A stretch of DNA of 24,335 nucleotides from Candidatus Firestoneibacteriota bacterium (lineage in GTDB: Bacteria; Oederibacteriota; D2-FULL-39-29; JBDRBU01), in the NCBI GenBank assembly GCA_043822305.1, contig JBDRBU010000103.1, positions 1 through 24,335 of the forward strand. Direction: 5' to 3'. The position numbers were made by a program, and so were the translations under genes. The notes below the pieces were generated by a model that searched no databases, was not told the origin of the DNA, and saw only the letters and a program-made list of their open reading frames with translations. Shown in pieces: positions 9,542-18,022 of the stretch (the stretch's first letter is position 1; every line of letters begins with the position of its first letter).

Positions 9542-10413
9542 TATAATAACCCCTTTGATTGCAACACTTTTTTCGGATTTATAAAATGCTTGTCAAACAT
9601 TAAATCTAAATGATTATAACCTAAGGCTAGACCAATTAACTGTGTCCAATATAAAACTGGTATATTAAGGTCTGATTTATTTTTTTTCATAATCTCTGGC
9701 TGTCTTGCATCTAAATTAGATTGACATAAAGGACAAGCAACTATAATTAAATCCGCACCAACATCCTTTGCTTCTTTTAAGATGTTACCGGTAAGTTTTA
9801 AAACTATATCTTTTTTAGTTAATGAAAACGCGGCACCACAACATTCTGTTTTATAATACCACTTCACAGGTTCTGCACCTAAAGTTGTAACTAAATTATC
9901 TAAAAATTCCGGGTCTTCTATTTTATCATAATCACAAACTTCTTTCGGCCGGGTTAACAAACATCCATAATAACAAGCAACCCTTAATCCCTTTAACTCT
10001 TTTTTTATCTTTTGCTTTAAATTATTAAGTCCATATTTTTCTATAATAACTCTTGAAAGATGTAAAATCTCAACTTCTCCTTTATATTCCTCGCCAATCA
10101 ATTCTGTTATGTCTTTCTTTAATTCTTTATCATTTTTAAGATAAATATCTGCTAATTTTAACCGTGAAAAACATGCCGAGCATGGAGAAGTAATAGGAAG
10201 TTTCATCTTTTCAGCTTTTATTAAATTTTTCACTGGAAGTGCAACCGCTGTTAGTTCAGAAGTAATATGAGCCGTTGTTGCCCCACAACAAACCCAGTCC
10301 GGAATTTCCACTAATTCAATACCCAAATCTTCACAGATCAATCTTGTCGTGATATCATATTCCTTCGCGGTTGAATGCAATGAACAACCAGGAAAGTAAG
10401 CAACTTTATACAT
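9541..10413 (-). CDS. hdrB: Heterodisulfide reductase subunit B
   Basis: Two CCG domains: YFPGCSLH..WVCCG..CSAC and YYGCLL..ECCG..ACPLCQ. Confidence 0.95.
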   Translation of the reverse strand: MYKVAYFPGCSLHSTAKEYDITTRLICEDLGIELVEIPDWVCCGATTAHITSELTAVALPVKNLIKAEKMKLPITSPCSACFSRLKLADIYLKNDKELKKDITELIGEEYKGEVEILHLSRVIIEKYGLNNLKQKIKKELKGLRVACYYGCLLTRPKEVCDYDKIEDPEFLDNLVTTLGAEPVKWYYKTECCGAAFSLTKKDIVLKLTGNILKEAKDVGADLIIVACPLCQSNLDARQPEIMKKNKSDLNIPVLYWTQLIGLALGYNHLDLMFDKHFINPKKVLQSKGLL

Positions 10414-11002
10414 CGGTTTCGTAAATCCTTTCTTTTTCCTTTTTTCTTATTTTCTTAAATAAGATAAAATTCTTCCATAACTCTATTGGATTTTTTATAA
10501 AATGAGGAAATATTCCTATCTTACCCTTTAAAAACATCTTTACTCCCATAGGAAAAACATCTTTAAATGGATGAAGGCTAAGTAAATTATAAGCACCAAT
10601 CATACCCAATTCGTAAATCCTGCCGGTAAATTCTAAAGATTTCAAAAATATCCAGTCAAAAATAGGAATCTCTCTATCGGAAGTTTTATACTTGCCGGCC
10701 TGTGCCATGATTCTTAAAGTATCCATAATTTTGGCAATATCAATTTCTCGAGGACATCTTGTTGTACAGGTTACACAGGATACACAAAACCAGGAAGTAT
10801 TACTACTCATAGATTCATCATGCATCCCTAATTGAATCATGCGAATGATTTGATTGGGTGGGTAATCCATAGCAAAAGCAACTGGACAACCAGCAGAACA
10901 TTTCCCACACTGATAACAATTAGAAATCTTCTGTTTGCTTAATCTCTCAACATCTTTTCTAAACCCATATTTTAGATTTTCCGTCTCTAAAAAGAATTTC
11001 AT
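10406..11002 (-). CDS. hdrC: Heterodisulfide reductase subunit C
   Basis: Motifs CYQCGKCSAGCP and WFCVSCVTCTTRCP. Start moved to the ATG at 11002 because the track's GTG at 11023 lies on the promoter. Confidence 0.92.
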   Translation of the reverse strand: MKFFLETENLKYGFRKDVERLSKQKISNCYQCGKCSAGCPVAFAMDYPPNQIIRMIQLGMHDESMSSNTSWFCVSCVTCTTRCPREIDIAKIMDTLRIMAQAGKYKTSDREIPIFDWIFLKSLEFTGRIYELGMIGAYNLLSLHPFKDVFPMGVKMFLKGKIGIFPHFIKNPIELWKNFILFKKIRKKEKERIYETDV

Positions 11003-11011
11003 AATATTTAT

Positions 11012-11040
11012 ATTATACCACAAAAAGGGGTCAGAGTCAT
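11012..11040 (-). promoter_or_regulatory. Sigma70-type promoter for hdrCBA-flx
   Basis: ATGACT-17 nt-TATAAT with an extended -10 (TGTGGTATAAT); only 9 nt separate the -10 from ATG 11002. Confidence 0.7.
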
Positions 11041-11064
11041 TAATTTAAATATTCACTCAACCCC
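11027..11064. repeat. GGGGTCAGAGTC-family imperfect hairpin repeat
   Basis: GGGGTCAGAGTCATTAATTT followed by AAATATTCACTCAACCCC; the 13-mer GGGGTCAGAGTCA recurs inverted at 23119-23131. Confidence 0.7.
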
Positions 11065-11107
11065 ATTACTATACATTTTCGGCAATTTCTACTTATCATT
11101 CTGCTTA

Positions 11108-11142
11108 TGTCATTGCGAGGGACGGAGTCCAGAAGCAATCTC
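11108..11142. repeat. GTCATTGCGAG...GAAGCAATCTC palindromic element
   Basis: TGTCATTGCGAGGGACGGAGTCCAGAAGCAATCTC, with ATTGC/GCAAT outer arms and GGAC/GTCC inner arms; resembles a widespread dispersed repeat (from recollection). Confidence 0.65.
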
Positions 11143-11196
11143 ATCCCTTCAAAACACCTCGATGGTATTACATGTTGCCGAGTTGTTAGATGCTAT

Positions 11197-11241
11197 CTAT
11201 TCTCTTTCTTGTTAAATTCTGATAATAATTCTATAGTTCAT
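11197..11241 (-). pseudogene. Possible remnant of a RelE/ParE toxin
   Basis: The ATG overlaps the antitoxin stop (ATGA) and reads MNYRIIIRI*QERE*, resembling the first strand and the last residues of ParE-like toxins. Confidence 0.45.
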
Positions 11242-11429
11242 TTGCTCACTATTCTCTGACAAACATCCTTCCATGGAGAACCTAAATCAGGATTTTGGTG
11301 ATACGCTTCTAATCTTTCATCGATTAGTTTTTTTTCTTCTTTAGTTAATTCAACCGAGTCGGCTTCTACAGCTATCGTATCCCAAATGTCCTCTACCAAT
11401 TTCTCGTAAAAGTCAAAGATTTGATACAC
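11238..11429 (-). CDS. Putative addiction module antitoxin (TIGR02574-like), probably 5'-truncated
   Basis: LVEDIWDTIA..LTKEEKKLIDERLEAYHQNPDLGSPWKDV; the usual N-terminal LS..ER segment is missing. Confidence 0.75.
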   Translation of the reverse strand: MYQIFDFYEKLVEDIWDTIAVEADSVELTKEEKKLIDERLEAYHQNPDLGSPWKDVCQRIVSK

Positions 11430-11454
11430 TAAAATTTTTCTCGCTTTCGAAAAC

Positions 11455-12750
11455 TTACACTTTCTTTTCCCATTTTAATAAATCCATCACAGACGATAAT
11501 GTAGAACCTTCTATAATTTCTTTACGAATTCTGTTTTCTTTTTCCAGGACATCCATGGCTCTGTTTGTATATTCCACTGCTTTTTCAGATGGAATTACTA
11601 TTACACCATCATCATCACCAATTATCCAGTCACCTGGAAAAACTTTTTGTCCACCAATATTCACTGGCACATTTATTTCCCCAAATCCTTTTGGTTCACC
11701 GGCATTTGAGGTAATGAGTTTTGAAAATGCTGGAAATTTTAAATCCCTTATCTCTTTGGTGTCTCTAATAGCACCATCTATAACAACACCAGACAACTTT
11801 TTTCTTGCCGAACTATGAGTTGCAAGTTCTCCCCAAACAGCCGGGCCAACTCCACCCGCATCTATAACAATCACATCACCTTCACCAGCCATATCTATGG
11901 CTTCTACTGGTTTTGCCCAATCACCCGGATATGTTCTAACTGTAACCGCTTTTCCAATCATCTTCACACCCTTTACGATTGGATATATATCTTTTAAAGA
12001 CGGTAACCTATGCAACGCATCCGAAATATTTGCCGTAGAAACCAAATTTAAAATTTTAGCTATATCTTTTTCCCCAATTCTTTTATAAAGATTAGTTGGA
12101 ACTTTTTTTAACGAAAGCATTGCTTTTTTTATAACCTGCGTTGCTTTTTTTGCATCCTGTGATTTTGTAATTGCCCCGCCTGCTATTATTATTTTTGCTC
12201 CACATTTTACAGCCTCAACAACATTTTCAGAATTAATTCCACCAGCAACTGCAACTGGAATATTAACCTCTTCACAAACTTTTTTTAAAGCTTTAAAAGG
12301 ACCTTCACCTCTCATCTGCTCATCAATAGAAGTATGAATTCCTATATAATGGACACCTAATTTTTCAACTTCTTTTGCTCTTTTAACAATATCTTTGACT
12401 TCTATCATATCCACTATAATTTCTGCACCATAGTTCTTAGCCGCTTCAACACATTCCGAGATAGTAGAATCAGACGCAACACCCAGAACATCTATAATTT
12501 TTGCTCCGGCTTTAGCCGCCATTTCAACTTCTGCTCTTCCTACATCCATAGTCTTCATATCAGCCACAATAATTTTTCTTGGAAACATTTCTTTTAGTTT
12601 TCTTATGAAATGTAAACCTTCTGCTTTAATTAATGGTGTTCCAACCTCAAGCCAATCAACACCACCAGCAACGGCCTCTTTAGCTACCTTTAAGGCTCGA
12701 TGCATATCTACAAAATCCAATGCAACTTGAAGTATTGGTTTATTTATCAT
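11455..12750 (-). CDS. hxlA: 3-hexulose-6-phosphate synthase fused to an RraA/HMG-aldolase-like domain
   Basis: N-terminal LQVALD, WLEVGTPLIK, VADMKTMD and AVAGG; C-terminal STANISDA, AVWGELA, IDGAIRD and GDDDGVIVIP. Confidence 0.9.
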   Translation of the reverse strand: MINKPILQVALDFVDMHRALKVAKEAVAGGVDWLEVGTPLIKAEGLHFIRKLKEMFPRKIIVADMKTMDVGRAEVEMAAKAGAKIIDVLGVASDSTISECVEAAKNYGAEIIVDMIEVKDIVKRAKEVEKLGVHYIGIHTSIDEQMRGEGPFKALKKVCEEVNIPVAVAGGINSENVVEAVKCGAKIIIAGGAITKSQDAKKATQVIKKAMLSLKKVPTNLYKRIGEKDIAKILNLVSTANISDALHRLPSLKDIYPIVKGVKMIGKAVTVRTYPGDWAKPVEAIDMAGEGDVIVIDAGGVGPAVWGELATHSSARKKLSGVVIDGAIRDTKEIRDLKFPAFSKLITSNAGEPKGFGEINVPVNIGGQKVFPGDWIIGDDDGVIVIPSEKAVEYTNRAMDVLEKENRIRKEIIEGSTLSSVMDLLKWEKKV

Positions 12751-13170
12751 TTATTCTCCAATAATTTGAACTATCAACTCTCTTTCACGCACTCTATTAT
12801 CAAAGTCAATAAATATTATTTGTTGCCAGATACCTAATTGAAGTTTTTTATTAACAAATGGAACGACTAAAGATGGGCCAAGCAGCGTAGATCTAATATG
12901 AGAATGGCCATTGGCATCAGAATGAGATAAATTATGCGCATAATTTTCTCCTTCTGGAACTAACTTACTGATGAAATTTTTTAAATCAGAAACCAAACCC
13001 GGCTCATATTCCATTGTCGTCACAGAACCTGTTGCCCCTGGAACAAATACAGTTACTAGACCCGAAGTTACTTCCGAATCCTGAACCCTTCGATCAACTA
13101 AATTAGTCACATCCATTATATCAACATTTCCTTTTGTTTTAAATTTTATTTTTTCTGTATAGACTGACAT
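12751..13170 (-). CDS. yjbQ: YjbQ/UPF0047 family protein
   Basis: Motifs GATGSVTTMEYEPGL, NGHSHIRSTLLGPS and LGIWQQIIFIDFD. Confidence 0.92.
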   Translation of the reverse strand: MSVYTEKIKFKTKGNVDIMDVTNLVDRRVQDSEVTSGLVTVFVPGATGSVTTMEYEPGLVSDLKNFISKLVPEGENYAHNLSHSDANGHSHIRSTLLGPSLVVPFVNKKLQLGIWQQIIFIDFDNRVRERELIVQIIGE

Positions 13171-13183
13171 ATCATCATCCTTT

Positions 13184-13227
13184 AATAGGGACAGACACCC
13201 TATTTTTAAAAGTGGACAGCCACCTTT
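13184..13227. repeat. Two tandem GGGACAGMCAC-family hairpins
   Basis: AATAGGG-ACAGACA-CCCTATT (perfect 7-bp arms) followed by AAAGTGGACAGCCACCTTT. Confidence 0.75.
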
Positions 13228-13239
13228 ATCAAAAAAAAT

Positions 13240-13311
13240 TTATTCTACGGTAACACTTTTTGCTAAATTTCTTGGTTTATCCACATCACATCCTTTCTCA
13301 ACGGCACACAT
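13240..13311 (-). pseudogene. glmS: 23-codon ORF matching the GlmS C-terminal tail (glmS 3' fragment)
   Basis: Manual translation MCAVEKGCDVDKPRNLAKSVTVE*; the ATG lies 2 nt after the stop of the gamma subunit gene. Confidence 0.85.
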
Positions 13312-13313
13312 AA

Positions 13314-13853
13314 TTAACCTTTACCAATTTCATACCCTTTTTCTAACGCTTTTTTATTACATTCTAACATGTCGAGATATCTTTTGGATATTACATTTCC
13401 TAATGAGATTATTAAAGAATCTAACCTCAAAACCTTAGTTTGGGCAATATAAACTCCTAAAGCCATCATATTTAAAACCCTTGGATTGCCTATTTCTTTA
13501 GCCAGATCATTAAACGGCACTTTTATAACTTCCGCGTCTTTTCTTTTTATATCTCTTTTAATTAAAGAAGAATTAAGTATTATTAGCCCATTCTTAGAAA
13601 GTGTTGTTTCATATGTATCAATACCTATATTATCCAGACCAATTATTGTTTTAGGATTTCCAACAACCGGCGAAAAAATTTCCGAATCTGATATGACGAC
13701 AGCACAGTAAGATAATCCCCCTCGCTTTTCCGCACCATATGAAGGGAGCCAGGTGATATGTTTATTTTCTTTTAAAGACGCATATGCAAGTAATGTTCCG
13801 GCTAAAAGCACACCCTGACCACCGCTTCCACATATAATTAAATTCGTTTCCAT
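13314..13853 (-). CDS. 2-oxoacid:ferredoxin oxidoreductase gamma subunit
   Basis: Motifs GSGGQGVLLAG, WLPSYGAEKRGG, NMMALG and NKKALEKG. Confidence 0.93.
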   Translation of the reverse strand: METNLIICGSGGQGVLLAGTLLAYASLKENKHITWLPSYGAEKRGGLSYCAVVISDSEIFSPVVGNPKTIIGLDNIGIDTYETTLSKNGLIILNSSLIKRDIKRKDAEVIKVPFNDLAKEIGNPRVLNMMALGVYIAQTKVLRLDSLIISLGNVISKRYLDMLECNKKALEKGYEIGKG

Positions 13854-13854
13854 T

Positions 13855-14598
13855 TTATTCCTTTGTTCTGTCTTTAATCACCCCAACCGGGAAATAACTC
13901 ATCATCTTTTCTTTTACAAATTTTAAGGCATCTAAGGGATTTAATCCCCAGTTAACGGGACACTGGGAAAGAACTTCGACCAAACTAAATCCAAGTCCGT
14001 CTATTTGATTTTGAAATGCTTTTTTAATTGCCTTTTTTGCTTTTAAAACATTTGCCGGATTTATAAGTGTAACTCTCTCTAAATAAACTGCACCTTCTAA
14101 ACTAGCCAGTAGTTCGCAAACTTTAAGCGGGTAACCAGCCAATTTAGCATCTCTTCCATCTGGAGTAGTCGTCGTCTTTTGCCCGAGTAAAGTAGTGGGA
14201 GCCATCTGACCACCGGTCATACCATAATTTGCATTGTTTATAAATATAACGGTTATATTCTCGCCACGATTTGCGGCATGAACTATTTCATTAGCCCCTA
14301 TGGAGATTAAATCCCCATCACCTTGATAAGTAAACACTATTCTCTCAGGTAAAACTCTTTTTATTCCTGTGGCTACTGCTGGCGGCCTTCCATGCGGTGC
14401 CTCAGTTACATCAAAATTAAAATAATCATATGCAAAAACAGCACAACCTACAGGAGCAATACCAATCGTTTTTTCTCTCACATCTAACTCATCTATAACC
14501 TCGGCCACAAGTCTATGAACAATCCCATGCCCGCATCCGGCACAATAGGTGGTAATCGCATCCTTTAAACTTTCCGGTCTACCAAAAATCTTTTTCAT
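13855..14598 (-). CDS. 2-oxoacid:ferredoxin oxidoreductase beta (TPP-binding) subunit, Vor type
   Basis: Motifs [38 protein letters not shown] and CPVNW. Confidence 0.93.
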   Translation of the reverse strand: MKKIFGRPESLKDAITTYCAGCGHGIVHRLVAEVIDELDVREKTIGIAPVGCAVFAYDYFNFDVTEAPHGRPPAVATGIKRVLPERIVFTYQGDGDLISIGANEIVHAANRGENITVIFINNANYGMTGGQMAPTTLLGQKTTTTPDGRDAKLAGYPLKVCELLASLEGAVYLERVTLINPANVLKAKKAIKKAFQNQIDGLGFSLVEVLSQCPVNWGLNPLDALKFVKEKMMSYFPVGVIKDRTKE

Positions 14599-15689
14599 CT
14601 ATTCCCCCTTAACAAAGGGGGTAGGGGGTTGTCTTCTTTCACTTCTTTCACTTCTTTCACTTTCCCCATTATCTCCTCTGGTGATGGAACTCCTCCACCA
14701 GGTCTTCCGTAAAAGAATACTTTTGATTTATCAACTACGGCTAACTTAACATCTTCAATCATCTGTCCTAAATTCTGTTCGACAACCAAGATTTTTTTTG
14801 CTTTTTTAGAAACTTTATTTAAAATATCATCTGGAAATGGCCAAAGTGTAATTGGTCTAACTAATCCAATTTTAACCCCTTTGGTTCTACCTAACTCTAC
14901 TGCACCTTTAGAAATCCGGCCAACTATCCCCTGGGCCACTATTAATATTTCTGCATCTTCTACTTTGTATAATTCACATTTTATTTCTTTTTCTTCTATA
15001 ATCTTATATTTTTCTGCTAAATGCCAGTTATGTCTTTCTAATATTCCTGGAGCCATCATCAAAGAATACAAACATCTTGGTTTTCTTCCTTTGCATCCAT
15101 CTAACGCCCAATCTTTTGGAGGCAAATCCCTCTTAGAAATTTCTTTAAAAACCGCTGATTCCATCATCTGTCCCAATATACCATCACTTAAAATCATTAC
15201 CGGAATTCTATATAAGTCAGCAAGGTCAAATGCAGTAACAGTTAAATCTATAGCCTCCTGAATAGTTGTAGGAGCCTGGACTATTAATCTATAATCTCCA
15301 TGTCCACCACCTTTAACTGCTTGAAAATAATCTGCTTGTGAACCCTGGATACTACCTAATCCTGGTCCACCTCTTTGCATATTAATAATAACCGCTGGAA
15401 GTTCTAAAGCTGCAAGATAAGAAATCCCTTCCATTTTTAAACTAATTCCTGGACTTGATGAAGAAGTCATCGCCCGTACTCCAGCAAGAGAAGCACCCAT
15501 AACCATATTTATCGCGGCCAGTTCGCTTTCTGCCTGAATAAAAACTCCACCAACTTCAGGCATCCTCCAGGACATATACTCAGGTATCTGATTTTGTGGC
15601 GTAATTGGATACCCCGCATAAAATCTACAGCCTGCTCGAACGGCTGCTTCGGCTATGGCTTCATTTCCTTTAATTAATATTTTTTTCAT
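14595..15689 (-). CDS. vorB: 2-oxoacid:ferredoxin oxidoreductase alpha subunit (VorB-like, 3-methyl-2-oxobutanoate dehydrogenase)
   Basis: Motifs [32 protein letters not shown] and RGGPGLG. The homologous start is the ATG at 15689; the upstream ATG at 15725 adds repeat-derived residues. Confidence 0.9.
   Translation of the reverse strand: MKKILIKGNEAIAEAAVRAGCRFYAGYPITPQNQIPEYMSWRMPEVGGVFIQAESELAAINMVMGASLAGVRAMTSSSSPGISLKMEGISYLAALELPAVIINMQRGGPGLGSIQGSQADYFQAVKGGGHGDYRLIVQAPTTIQEAIDLTVTAFDLADLYRIPVMILSDGILGQMMESAVFKEISKRDLPPKDWALDGCKGRKPRCLYSLMMAPGILERHNWHLAEKYKIIEEKEIKCELYKVEDAEILIVAQGIVGRISKGAVELGRTKGVKIGLVRPITLWPFPDDILNKVSKKAKKILVVEQNLGQMIEDVKLAVVDKSKVFFYGRPGGGVPSPEEIMGKVKEVKEVKEDNPLPPLLRGNR
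14601..14632. repeat. CCCCCTT-N4-AAGGGGG palindromic repeat, copy 2 (inside the vorB 3' end)
   Basis: ATTCCCCCTTAACAAAGGGGGTAGGGGGTTGT, translated as [10 protein letters not shown]. Confidence 0.85.
14634..14669. repeat. 9-bp tandem repeat in the vorB 3' end
   Basis: TTCTTTCAC x3 plus TTTCCCCAT, translated as [12 protein letters not shown]. Confidence 0.8.
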
Positions 15690-15734
15690 TTCATCTACTT
15701 CTTTCACTTCATCCACTTCTCCCATTTTCTTTAC
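15690..15734. repeat. Degenerate 9-bp tandem repeat, 5 units, delta/alpha junction
   Basis: TTCATCTAC TTCTTTCAC TTCATCCAC TTCTCCCAT TTTCTTTAC. Confidence 0.7.
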
Positions 15735-15937
15735 TTATGTATTTCTATCGCCACATCCGGGCACATAATTGCACACAAAGAGCAACCTGTGCATTTCTCC
15801 CTATCGCCGGCAAATTCAGCATAAAAAAATCCTTTAGAGTTGATATTGCTTGAAAGTGATATTAATTTTTTAGGACAGAATTCTAGACAGTAAGAACAAC
15901 TTTTACATTTTTCTTTATTTATTTCTACTTTTTTCAT
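15731..15937 (-). CDS. 2-oxoacid:ferredoxin oxidoreductase delta subunit (2x4Fe-4S ferredoxin)
   Basis: [12 protein letters not shown] and [13 protein letters not shown]. Confidence 0.92.
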   Translation of the reverse strand: MKKVEINKEKCKSCSYCLEFCPKKLISLSSNINSKGFFYAEFAGDREKCTGCSLCAIMCPDVAIEIHK

Positions 15938-17127
15938 ATTCTTTCCATAACCTTTTTGATACCGCGTAAGGCTTGTTTAATCCTATCCTCGTTTTCAACA
16001 AGAGCAAATCTAACATAACCTTCCCCATATTCTCCAAACCCTATTCCAGGAGATACGGCTACGGCACCTTCTTTAAGTAGTATCGTTACAAATTCTAAAG
16101 AGCCCAAACTTTTAAACTTCTCTGGTATTTCAGCCCAAACAAACATAGTAGACTTGGGCTTCTCAATATTCCAACCTATTTTATTCAGTCCATCTACTAA
16201 AACATCTCTTCTTTTTCTATAAACTTCAGCAATCTCTTGGACACAATTTTGATCTCCTTTCAAGGCACATATGGCTGAGACTTGAATAGGAGTAAATATT
16301 CCATAATCCATATAACTTTTTAACTTTGCTAAATCTGAAATGATTTTTTCATTTCCAAGTGCAAAGGCTATCCGCCAGCCGGCCATATTATACGATTTAG
16401 TTAAAGAGAAAAGTTCGACCCCAACATCTTTTGCGCCTTTTACCTGTAAAAATGACGGTGCTTTATACCCATCAAAAGTTAAATCTTTATAAGCAAAATC
16501 ATGAATCACTATTATATTCTCAGATTTAGCAAAAGCGACAACATTTTCAAAAAATTTTAAATCTACAACAGCGGTCGTAGGATTATGCGGATAACTTATA
16601 ATTAAAAGTTTTGGTTTTGGCCAAAACTTTGTTTTTTTTATCCTTTCTAAGTTTATAACAAAATTATCCTCCTTAGTCAGTGGTATGCTTATAACATTAC
16701 CCCCGGCAATGACAATACTATAAAGATGAATGGGATAGGTTGGATTTGGAACAAGTGCAGAATCTCCTTCATCTATCAGGGCTAAGGCCAAGTGGGATAT
16801 CCCTTCTTTGGCTCCAATTGTAGCAATAATTTCCCTTTCCGGGTCCAATTCTACATTAAAATCTTCTTTGTATCTATGGGCTATTGCTTTTCGTAAATGA
16901 AGAAGACCCTTTGATATAGAATACCTGTGGGTTTTAGGATCTCTGACCACTTCACAAAGTTTATCCACTATATGAATTGGGGTTGGCCTGTCTGGATTAC
17001 CCATACCCAGATCAATGACATCAACACCTTTTGTTCTTTCTTCAATCATTAGGGTTCTAACCTTACCTAATGAATATGGCGGTAATCTTTTCATTCTATT
17101 AGAATAAAACATATTATATATCCTCAA
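15934..17127 (-). CDS. alaC: Class I/II PLP aminotransferase, AlaC-like
   Basis: Motifs [43 protein letters not shown] and [13 protein letters not shown]; the LL-DAP aminotransferase family is not excluded. Confidence 0.75.
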   Translation of the reverse strand: MRIYNMFYSNRMKRLPPYSLGKVRTLMIEERTKGVDVIDLGMGNPDRPTPIHIVDKLCEVVRDPKTHRYSISKGLLHLRKAIAHRYKEDFNVELDPEREIIATIGAKEGISHLALALIDEGDSALVPNPTYPIHLYSIVIAGGNVISIPLTKEDNFVINLERIKKTKFWPKPKLLIISYPHNPTTAVVDLKFFENVVAFAKSENIIVIHDFAYKDLTFDGYKAPSFLQVKGAKDVGVELFSLTKSYNMAGWRIAFALGNEKIISDLAKLKSYMDYGIFTPIQVSAICALKGDQNCVQEIAEVYRKRRDVLVDGLNKIGWNIEKPKSTMFVWAEIPEKFKSLGSLEFVTILLKEGAVAVSPGIGFGEYGEGYVRFALVENEDRIKQALRGIKKVMERI

Positions 17128-18022
17128 AATGTGTAATTTTTTTCAATTCTTTAAACCTATTATAGATATTTTTTTTAGATAATGTCCGAAATCTATTTAG
17201 ACTAAAATCTTCTACACAATAAGATGCAGTAACTGTACCAAAAATCAGTGCTTTCTTAATTTCATCCTGACTTAAACGCTTACATGTTGATATGTAACCC
17301 ATAAAACCACCGGCAAAAGAATCTCCGGCTCCTGTTGGATCAAATACATTTTCTAATGGATAGGCCGGTGCTGCAAAATGCCAGCCATCAGAAAAAAGCA
17401 AACTACCATGTTCGCCTTTTTTTATGACAACAATCTTTGGTCCTAAACTTCTAATTTTTCTGGCCGCTAAAACCAAATTAGAAACACCACTTAGTTCTCT
17501 TGCTTCTGAATCATTCATAAAAAAAATATCCACCATTTTTATGAGTTTTAACAATTTTTTCAAATCATTTTTTATCCAGCATTCTATTGTATCACCAGCA
17601 ATCAATTTTGGTCTTGAAATCTTATTTAAAACATCAAGTTGTAAAGTTGGATTTATATTACCCAGAAAAACATATTTACTATTTTTATAAATATCTGGTA
17701 TGTCGGGAGAAAAGTTAGCAAAAACATTTAACTCTAATTTTTTCGTTTCTCTGATATTTAAATCATATTTATATTCTCCGGTCCATCTAAATGTTTTACC
17801 CTTTTCTATTTTTAAACCAGTTATATCTATGGCTCTCTTCTTAATCTCATTAATAAACTTTTTTGGAAAATCTTCTCCGACAACGCCAACTAATCTTACT
17901 TTATTAAAATAACTGGCTGCATATGAAAAATAAGTAGCAGAACCTCCCAGAACTTCTTTTACAGTTTTAAAAGGTGTCACGACTGTATCTAGGGCTATTG
18001 AACCTACCACGATTAAACTCAT
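17114..18022 (-). CDS. PfkB family carbohydrate/nucleoside kinase
   Basis: Motifs GGSATY, NDSEA, KKGEHG and [12 protein letters not shown]. Confidence 0.92.
   Translation of the reverse strand: MSLIVVGSIALDTVVTPFKTVKEVLGGSATYFSYAASYFNKVRLVGVVGEDFPKKFINEIKKRAIDITGLKIEKGKTFRWTGEYKYDLNIRETKKLELNVFANFSPDIPDIYKNSKYVFLGNINPTLQLDVLNKISRPKLIAGDTIECWIKNDLKKLLKLIKMVDIFFMNDSEARELSGVSNLVLAARKIRSLGPKIVVIKKGEHGSLLFSDGWHFAAPAYPLENVFDPTGAGDSFAGGFMGYISTCKRLSQDEIKKALIFGTVTASYCVEDFSLNRFRTLSKKNIYNRFKELKKITHFEDI

Noticed and set aside
11003..11023. HdrC N-terminal extension MWYNINI
   Set aside because: It is a translation of the extended -10 promoter sequence.
13184..13239. A Tn7 end downstream of the glmS fragment
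   Set aside because: The TGT triplets here belong to the GGGACAG repeats; no repeated transposase-binding sites or match to the 1-141 motif follow.
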